Source: Minisyncoccota bacterium (GTDB lineage: Bacteria; Patescibacteriota; Minisyncoccia; Phycocordibacterales; JBAYGS01). From it: a stretch of DNA of 57,121 nt. The stretch covers positions 283,942 to 341,062 of the forward strand of contig JBAYGS010000001.1 in assembly GCA_041666545.1 (NCBI GenBank), given 5' to 3'. The notes below the pieces were generated by a model, which had not been told where the DNA came from, ran no database searches, and saw only the letters and a program-made list of their open reading frames with translations. Position numbers and translations under genes: made by a program. How positions within the stretch are numbered: position 1 is the stretch's first letter; every line of letters begins with the position of its first letter. This document shows, in pieces, positions 51,196-57,121 of the stretch.

Positions 51196-53598
51196 TTAGT
51201 ATATTCTGAAATAATTATTGGCATTTGTCCTCGCGGCTCCCTCATCCCCCGAGCTAAGATCCGATGGCCAGACGATGGCCTCACTAACAGAAATATTGGA
51301 ACATTGCGAAATTAAATCTCCACTGCTACCCAAAACTAAACCTCCCCCACCACTGCTTCCAGCATTACCGGCTGAAGCTGTATCGCCATTTTTTCTCAAC
51401 TCACTTGATGCCCCAGCAAATGTAGCCGTTACCAGAGACCAAGAACCAGTGGCAAACGAGACAGCGGGAACAAGAGCTCCGGCATATATTTGATAAGAAC
51501 CGGTAGATGGATACTGCAAAAGTCGCATTGTGTTAAAAGTGGTCCCATCAAAAACACCATCAGCAGATGTCCAAGAAATTGGATTGAAGACCAGCATTAC
51601 TGTTTCGGGCTGTGCTTGAGTCCATGTGGCCATTAAATAATCAGTCGAACCATCAAATGTCATCTTCGGCCTACCGTTAGAACCCGTGAGAAGCGCCCCC
51701 GAAGAAACAATCTGCGGTTGATTAGCTGTTGTTGCTTGAACAGTATTCCTACCATTCCCGCTCTGGTCATACCAAGTATCAACATAACAACTGCCAGCGC
51801 CACAAAAAGAAAGAAGTGAAGAAGTATTGAGATTGATGCCAGAAAAACCAATATCTTGTGTCGCATTATCGGAGTCCCGCCTGACTTTCATCGCATAACC
51901 ACTGTAAGTAGAACGAAGTTTTCGAACACTGTAAGCCGCGGCGGCATTTGGAATGTTATCCAAAAGGTAATTCGCTTTCACCACCGCCGGACGGCCCATG
52001 ACATATAGACGCTTCGCCTCGGAAGCGCTGAGTGTACGGTTGTAAATTCTAACTTCATCAACCGAAGCTGCCGGCGGGAAAAAACCTCGCCTTTCACCGA
52101 TTGAGGTATAGTTGACTAAAGCGCCTTGATTTTGAACAGTCGGACCTGACACCAAAACACCGTTTACATAAAGCCAGTTATTATTGCCACTGGTATCTGA
52201 ATGAGTCCAAACAATATGAGACCAAGTATTAAGATAATTTGTGTAGCTCACGCTACCGGCACCGCTAGTGGTATTACCGACAAGAAGATTCGGGGATGAG
52301 TATCTGATTATCGGACTACCGTTCCAATAACTACCGAACAAATAACCGTCACCCCTAACCTTGGCCCAAAGGGAAATGGAAAAGTCTTGAGTGGTAGTAA
52401 AAAGCGAATTGAACTGACTACTCAAATCGACACTGCTACTGTTGGCGCCACCACCAGAAGTGTTGGTGGTAAAATTTATACCTTGACCGATGATCCCATC
52501 AGTGAGAGTCGTGGCGGAACCACCGACGATAGTGCCATTTCTGCCTTGCCCGCTTCGGTCATAGACAGTAAGACCTGAAACATCGGCGCCATCAAGAGGA
52601 TAGTACCCGACAAGACCGCTCGTGATTTGGTCTTTTCTAGTCGCGGTCACTTTCACCGGACGACCCATGTTGTAGAGGCGTTTGATTTCGGCAGTTGTGA
52701 GAGCGCGGTTGTAGATGCGGACGTCGTCGACAGTCCCTGCCAACGCCTGGCTACCGACAATACTATTTTGACTAGTATCTGCCCACTGAAGCGCTCCAAT
52801 CAGGACTTTTGCACTACCTGTCATCGCTGTGTTTGAACTGCCCGTAGAAGTATGTTTGATAGCTCCATCGACATAGAATCTAACCTTGCCGTCTCCTGCG
52901 GAATCCCAGGTTGTTGTAAGAAAATACCAGGTATTTAAGCTTGGCACCCAACTGACATTTTCATTTACGAAAGTGACACCTCCAGAACGAAAGAGGACAT
53001 CCGATTGACCACCAGTATAGTACCACTGAATCCAGTCGCTAGCTTGACCTGAACCGCTGACATTTGTAGAAACTGTCGCTTGATATGAGTTAGATAGTGA
53101 GTCAAATTTCACCCAGCTAGAAGAGGTAACCGCCGTGTAATTTGTAACCAGAGGAGTCGAAACATATTGCGTGCTACCATTTAGCTTCCCTGCTTGACCG
53201 AGAACACCGTCGGTGTAGAAAGTCGAGGTGGCGATGCTTACAAAATTGCCGGTATTGCTATTACCAGAAGCGTCAATCATCGCACCATTTACAATATTTT
53301 TACCATCAAAAGTCCAATGAGCAGTGAGACCGAGGTTAATGACAGGGGGTTTAATGGTAGAAGCCTCTACTAGTTGGTAGTTGGTAGTGAGTAGTGGGTA
53401 GTAAGAGAGAAAGAGGAAAAAGATAATGCCGAGAACCAAAGTCGCACCTCTCAATGCCCTGCCTGCGCCAAGACTTCGGCAGGCAGGCGAGGAACGACCT
53501 TTAAGACTGACGCCCAAATTCCTAGTGAAGCCAGTGTATAACTGACCGTCTTTTTGGCTTAACAATATATAGGTGTAAATAAAGTTGTTTTTATTCAT
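51196..53598 (-). CDS. LamG repeat surface protein 3; the first ~28 codons look like a GIY-YIG nuclease fragment
   Basis: The anchor and LamG modules match paralogs 1 and 2. The N-terminus reads MNKNNFIYTYILLSQKDGQLYTGFTRNL. The C-terminal half contains AYSVRKLRSTYSGYAMKVRRD...WYDQSGNGRN. Confidence 0.75.
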   Translation of the reverse strand: MNKNNFIYTYILLSQKDGQLYTGFTRNLGVSLKGRSSPACRSLGAGRALRGATLVLGIIFFLFLSYYPLLTTNYQLVEASTIKPPVINLGLTAHWTFDGKNIVNGAMIDASGNSNTGNFVSIATSTFYTDGVLGQAGKLNGSTQYVSTPLVTNYTAVTSSSWVKFDSLSNSYQATVSTNVSGSGQASDWIQWYYTGGQSDVLFRSGGVTFVNENVSWVPSLNTWYFLTTTWDSAGDGKVRFYVDGAIKHTSTGSSNTAMTGSAKVLIGALQWADTSQNSIVGSQALAGTVDDVRIYNRALTTAEIKRLYNMGRPVKVTATRKDQITSGLVGYYPLDGADVSGLTVYDRSGQGRNGTIVGGSATTLTDGIIGQGINFTTNTSGGGANSSSVDLSSQFNSLFTTTQDFSISLWAKVRGDGYLFGSYWNGSPIIRYSSPNLLVGNTTSGAGSVSYTNYLNTWSHIVWTHSDTSGNNNWLYVNGVLVSGPTVQNQGALVNYTSIGERRGFFPPAASVDEVRIYNRTLSASEAKRLYVMGRPAVVKANYLLDNIPNAAAAYSVRKLRSTYSGYAMKVRRDSDNATQDIGFSGINLNTSSLLSFCGAGSCYVDTWYDQSGNGRNTVQATTANQPQIVSSGALLTGSNGRPKMTFDGSTDYLMATWTQAQPETVMLVFNPISWTSADGVFDGTTFNTMRLLQYPSTGSYQIYAGALVPAVSFATGSWSLVTATFAGASSELRKNGDTASAGNAGSSGGGGLVLGSSGDLISQCSNISVSEAIVWPSDLSSGDEGAARTNANNYFRIY

Positions 53599-53656
53599 AT
53601 AAATTTGCGGAATTTCACAGGGTTGACATTTTGATTTGATTTTGCTAAGATACCCA

Positions 53657-53715
53657 CATCACCAATGGAAAAGGTCGCCCTATAAGGTTCCGTCCTTATG
53701 GGGTCTTTTCTTTTT
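53657..53715 (+). ncRNA. Candidate ~55-nt RNA antisense to the 3' end of the NYN gene
   Basis: The plus-strand promoter is TTGACA (53623-53628), 17-nt spacer, TAAGAT (53646-53651). The hairpin arms are 53678-53687 and 53694-53703, followed by TCTTTTCTTTTT. Confidence 0.3.
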
Positions 53716-54201
53716 ATACTCCAACATATTTCGTAGCTCGTTCATATACCTCAAATACGGTCTAAACTCTCTTAATTTTAACAAAGCAGAAAAACTAAAT
53801 CTATTTGGAACCAATACGGCCAACAATTTACTTTTACTGATAAAATGCTGAACCAAACAATAGAAATCGCCATCGCCTGTTATTATAAGTGCCTTGTCAA
53901 AATTAGGATATTCAATCATCGCCTGTAGAACTAGCTCAGCATCACAATTACCTTTTGTGGTGCCGTCTTTGTATTTAAGCGTTGGTTTGAAAATGCAGAT
54001 AAAACCGGCTTCTTGCAAGGAAATATATAATTCATTATTGCCTTCTATATAGCCGATAAAAAGATAGGCCTTGGAGATTCCGTAGTTTTCTTTTAGATAT
54101 ATTCTGAAACGCTTCCAATCAAGACGCCAATCAAGCGACCGAATGGCTAAATTAACATTCTGGCTGTCTATAAACGCGTAATTGTTTTCTTTTTTCAGCA
54201 T
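53680..54201 (-). CDS. NYN-domain (LabA-like) ribonuclease family protein
   Basis: YAFIDSQNV..., KGNCDAELV..., ALIITGDGDFYCLV. Confidence 0.8.
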   Translation of the reverse strand: MLKKENNYAFIDSQNVNLAIRSLDWRLDWKRFRIYLKENYGISKAYLFIGYIEGNNELYISLQEAGFICIFKPTLKYKDGTTKGNCDAELVLQAMIEYPNFDKALIITGDGDFYCLVQHFISKSKLLAVLVPNRFSFSALLKLREFRPYLRYMNELRNMLEYKKKRPHKDGTL

Positions 54202-54219
54202 TTTTTGAATAATTCATTC

Positions 54220-54349
54220 TATCCTTGCGGGGCAACAGACGAAACTGTTTAGCGGACTCGGGAGGGTTCTCACTGGTTCTATTTTTTGCCCTACCCCATC
54301 GCCAAGCGAGATCGTAACCAGAATTCTCTCACCTGCCCCCGCAAAGATA
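54220..54349 (-). ncRNA. Structured 5' leader element upstream of the NYN gene, class unknown
   Basis: A 13-bp closing helix forms between 54349-54337 and 54232-54220. It contains a G-U pair only on the minus-strand RNA, where the plus strand would have a C-A mismatch. The inner helices are CTGGTT/AACCAG and AACAG/CTGTT. Confidence 0.35.
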
Positions 54350-54416
54350 TGATGTTTGTCTTGTTTTTACATAAATTTTCTTTGCCGTCTGCAATGGTGC
54401 CCATTGTTTCTTGTTT

Positions 54417-55019
54417 CTACATTTTGAACGACGACACTATTTGATCTAACACTCCCGCCTCGTCCGAAAACGCCGTCAATTGAAACAAATTGCCTTTCGC
54501 AACAAACCAGACATTCACACCGGTATCGGAATCAAACTTTACACCCTTCGTCACGGAACCAATCGAAATCTCCTGTGGATTTTTCATACCCAAATCAGGA
54601 ACATCCGCCTGAATTCTCTCCACTGTTAAAACAATATCCTCGTCGAAAGGCGAAACTGCCACCTGCACAGAAGGCGCTTTCCCATCTTTCGATAATAGCA
54701 AAGTCCTTGCCTCGCCTTCGGACGGTGCTGGAATCTCTTTCATGGAGTACTCCTTCGGGTATTTAAAACTGAAGCCCGAAGTCAAATCGTTGTAAGTCTC
54801 CCTGCTCCCCCCGAAAACATTTGACCAAAAGCCACCTTTCGCCGGTTGAGTCTCTGTGGCTTCGGTTTGTGATTGGTTAGTCTCCAACGCCTTGTCACCA
54901 AGCCTTGCAATGCCACCAACCGAATCTGAATCGGGGCCACTACGGCTAAACCCGTACCAAGCGATTAGTCCGATTACAAATACAGCTGTTATGGTGGAAA
55001 TTAAATTTTTCTTTTGCAT
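54417..55019 (-). CDS. Membrane-anchored extracytoplasmic protein, hypothetical
   Basis: N-terminal TM segment (LISTITAVFVIGLIAWYGF). No family recognised. Confidence 0.5.
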   Translation of the reverse strand: MQKKNLISTITAVFVIGLIAWYGFSRSGPDSDSVGGIARLGDKALETNQSQTEATETQPAKGGFWSNVFGGSRETYNDLTSGFSFKYPKEYSMKEIPAPSEGEARTLLLSKDGKAPSVQVAVSPFDEDIVLTVERIQADVPDLGMKNPQEISIGSVTKGVKFDSDTGVNVWFVAKGNLFQLTAFSDEAGVLDQIVSSFKM

Positions 55020-55047
55020 ATCTTTTCACCTTAGTTAAATTAAACTA

Positions 55048-57121
55048 TTAATTTTCAGTCGTGGTCCCGACATCAGTACTAGTTGAAGCATTCGATGTGG
55101 CAGTAGTCGAACTCTCCGGTGTCAAGATAAATCCTGGCACAACCGGCTCTACCACATTAACCTTTCTGGTCGCTGTGCCAACATTACCAACCTGATCAGT
55201 TGCAGTATAAGTGACGGTATATTCACCGACAACTGAAGTGTCAATTTCATCACCCTCAACCTTGACCCCAAGATTATCATTTACATTATCGGTCACAGTC
55301 GCTCCAAGATCGGCATAACTCGTACCCTTCTCCACTGTCGCCGGATTGTTGCCGGCCACAGTAATCACCGGCGCTTCGGTATCAGATGAACCAGATTCGT
55401 TAGCTTGATTAGCTTCATTAGAAACAGGAGAAGACGAGGCATTGGAAACCGAGGCAGTCTGGGCAAGCCCGACGCAAGTTCCAGCCTCTGTTTTTTGCAC
55501 CCCGCCAGAAATATAGAAGCAGAACGGCGCACCTGTCTCGCGATCATAGATTGTAATACCGTTTTTGGTTTGGTCGGCATTTTTGATGGTCAGAGCACCC
55601 GTAGTAATCGAGTCAGCAATTATATCTTTGAAAGTGGCTAATCCGCTTGCGATATCCGCACCGAGAGATTTAAGTCCAGAAACGACCGCGTCCATCGAGA
55701 TTCCCCCGTTTGGCACAGAAAGGCCTTGGAGGTTGGCAAGTTGTTCTTCGAGATTTTGAATTTTCTTGGCTTCTTCCTGTACAGCGAGAATTGTGAAAGC
55801 CGAAAGTTTGTAGAGGTCAATACCTTTACCACCAGCGGCCAAGATCTCAGCCGGTGACTCTTCAGCGATAAGACCCATACGAAGCGGTGCGTCTTCGGCG
55901 TCAAAATTGTAGTGATAGTTGGCGACCTTAAGATTGGCGAATTTGTCCAAAACCGAATCTGACGGATCGCCGCCGATATAGGTGATGTCTTTTTTAGCAT
56001 CACGAGTGGAAACATTTACGAAAGCTGTAGCGGCCACATCGCCCAGGACATGAAGTTTATAGGACGGGGTCGTGGTGCCAATACCAACATTCCCGTCGGC
56101 ATCAATACTAACCGCAGGATCGATGAGACCGGAATAAAGTGAACGAATTGACGGGGTGGTTGTGCCGGCTCCGACGATATCAATCACATTTGAAATTGCC
56201 TGAATACCCAACAGAGCGACACCGGATGTATCTAATGGAGAAATTGACATCGTGCCACCTGGCCCACCGGTGTTAAAGGCGGCATAAAAATCTTCGGCCA
56301 CTGGTCCAATGTGAGTTGTACCGGCAGACTCACTCTTGTAATTCCAGCGAGTAACATCTAAAGTCTGAATTTTCTGAAGAACCGACTGTGAATCAAGCGC
56401 TGTAAAATTTTCCTTTAATGTACGACTTGAAGCATCAGTCCAAACACCTCCCTGACTAACATATGCACCGGAGGCCATCGTTAAAGGACCGTAATTTCCG
56501 GAAGGCGAAGAAGTGCCAATACCAACCCGTAAGGTATTCACTCCGCCGGCACCATCCGCCTCACCATAAATTGTAAGCACAGCATTGCCGTCAATTGCCG
56601 CGGTGTAGCTTTCAGTGGTACTGGCGGTCGCGTTGGTGACTGGCAGATCTACCCACGTCACCTGCCCCGCATCGGTATCAAAGCCGATTGTTCCTAGGTT
56701 TAGGTTATCAACTGAAGTGACACCTGATGAATAGTCATAATTCAAGGCACCCCCACCAACACTTAGCCCTCCCGCAATAGTCGAGGTAGCCGAGGCGTTG
56801 GTAATATCCAATCTGGTCACCGAAGCATCACCGGCAACCGAAAGGACTGCATATGGTGAGGTGGTGCCGAGGCCAAGCTTACCTGCCGAGGTGACAATAA
56901 GGGCAGTTGAGGTTGCGGAAGCGGTAGAGGTTGAGAGAGTGAAGATCGGTGAGGTGTTAGAAGAAAGTGCAGCAACAGAGAGCATTCCCCAAGGAGTTGT
57001 GGTACCAATACCCAGGTTGGTACCGTCAAAGACAAAGTTAGCCGTGTCAGTCAGACCGGTTCCGCCAGAATTGGTATGGATAATTCGGTTGGCAGTGAAG
57101 GCAGTTTGGTCGGTGTCGGTC
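55048..57121 (-). CDS. Tail-fibre-like surface protein with two S74 (endosialidase chaperone) domains and a C-terminal Ig-like domain; the 5' end lies beyond the right edge
   Basis: The frame stays open upstream of the track Met 56985 to base 57121. GIGTTTP...L.V.G repeats recur through the protein. The S74-like segments are SSRTLKENF...IGPVAEDF and STRDAKKDI...MGLIAEES...LEEQLANLQ. DTEAPVITVAGNNPATVEKGTSY...GEYTVTYTATD is Ig-like. Confidence 0.75.
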   Translation of the reverse strand, partial: TDTDQTAFTANRIIHTNSGGTGLTDTANFVFDGTNLGIGTTTPWGMLSVAALSSNTSPIFTLSTSTASATSTALIVTSAGKLGLGTTSPYAVLSVAGDASVTRLDITNASATSTIAGGLSVGGGALNYDYSSGVTSVDNLNLGTIGFDTDAGQVTWVDLPVTNATASTTESYTAAIDGNAVLTIYGEADGAGGVNTLRVGIGTSSPSGNYGPLTMASGAYVSQGGVWTDASSRTLKENFTALDSQSVLQKIQTLDVTRWNYKSESAGTTHIGPVAEDFYAAFNTGGPGGTMSISPLDTSGVALLGIQAISNVIDIVGAGTTTPSIRSLYSGLIDPAVSIDADGNVGIGTTTPSYKLHVLGDVAATAFVNVSTRDAKKDITYIGGDPSDSVLDKFANLKVANYHYNFDAEDAPLRMGLIAEESPAEILAAGGKGIDLYKLSAFTILAVQEEAKKIQNLEEQLANLQGLSVPNGGISMDAVVSGLKSLGADIASGLATFKDIIADSITTGALTIKNADQTKNGITIYDRETGAPFCFYISGGVQKTEAGTCVGLAQTASVSNASSSPVSNEANQANESGSSDTEAPVITVAGNNPATVEKGTSYADLGATVTDNVNDNLGVKVEGDEIDTSVVGEYTVTYTATDQVGNVGTATRKVNVVEPVVPGFILTPESSTTATSNASTSTDVGTTTEN

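Noticed and set aside
51186-51284. Track start (51284) of LamG-2, overlapping the end of LamG-3 by 89 nt.
   Set aside because: The extension (MRPSSGHRILARGMREPRGQ...) has no similarity to the paralogs. Similarity to the LamG-1 N-terminus begins after Met 51185. The exact start is still uncertain.
1-57121. Alternative genetic code (UGA as sense, as in some candidate phyla) or a global UAA reassignment to explain the trmD stop.
   Set aside because: TGA closes well-aligned genes at their expected ends: asparaginase at 22667-22669, smc at 9233-9235, and ORFs 7832, 3177 and 16880. No conserved gene shows an in-frame TGA or TAG. The TAA in trmD is the only in-frame stop seen. RF1 is present, and RF2 is presumably encoded outside the window.
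45275-57121. Prophage or phage remnant, suggested by the S74 tail-fibre-like protein, transposase and nuclease.
   Set aside because: No capsid, portal, terminase, tail-tube, lysis or integrase genes are present. The LamG giants have membrane anchors typical of cellular surface proteins. The region is better described as a surface-protein island.
46094-57121. Diversity-generating retroelement targeting the LamG or fibre proteins.
   Set aside because: No reverse transcriptase or Avd-like ORF is present. I found no template/variable repeat pair differing mainly at adenines. The repeats present are ordinary paralogous sequence. A trans-acting DGR elsewhere in the genome cannot be excluded.

Overview
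This is 57.1 kb of a compact, gene-dense bacterial chromosome with about 55 protein genes, almost all on the minus strand.

**Core genes, in order**
- rpoB, partial. It runs off the left edge and is absent from the ORF track.
- trmD, a GC-rich insert carrying dapB, a KH protein, rpsP and RNase R.
- A short SMC, RNase III, a NusB-NUDIX fusion and rpmF.
- A flotillin/NfeD insert, RNase HII, dnaE and an asparaginase.
- T-box-controlled thrS, gyrB, tRNA-Thr(UGU), tsf, rpsB, prfA, rpmE, a lytic transglycosylase and L25.

**Sugar-phosphate block:** 2-hydroxyacid dehydrogenase, class II aldolase, PfkB kinase, split transketolase, rpe, rpiB and gap.

**Surface/accessory block**
- An IS200-like Y1 transposase flanked by REP-like hairpins.
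- Three tandem LamG-repeat giant proteins.
- A NYN nuclease.
- A tail-fibre-like protein with two S74 chaperone domains, which runs off the right edge.

The split transketolase, LamG giants, shortened housekeeping proteins and minimal metabolism suggest a Patescibacteria/CPR-type genome. That is inference and is not verified.

**Items worth a second look**
1. Seventeen genes have a -10 box only 6-9 nt from the ATG, which implies leaderless mRNAs. Four GC-rich inserts instead use strong Shine-Dalgarno sites.
2. trmD is broken by one in-frame TAA.
3. The same perfect 14-nt inverted repeat brackets unrelated ~92-nt cores at two loci, each abutting a promoter.
4. A protein consists only of a PilB/GspE N-terminal domain, in a two-gene cassette with duplicated promoter/5'UTR modules.
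5. A 37-nt palindromic element family sits next to a RAYT-like transposase.
6. Several promoter-plus-terminator small RNA candidates are present.

No CRISPR array, rRNA, integrase or reverse transcriptase was seen. All coordinates of non-ORF features were read by eye and anchored to the ORF track.
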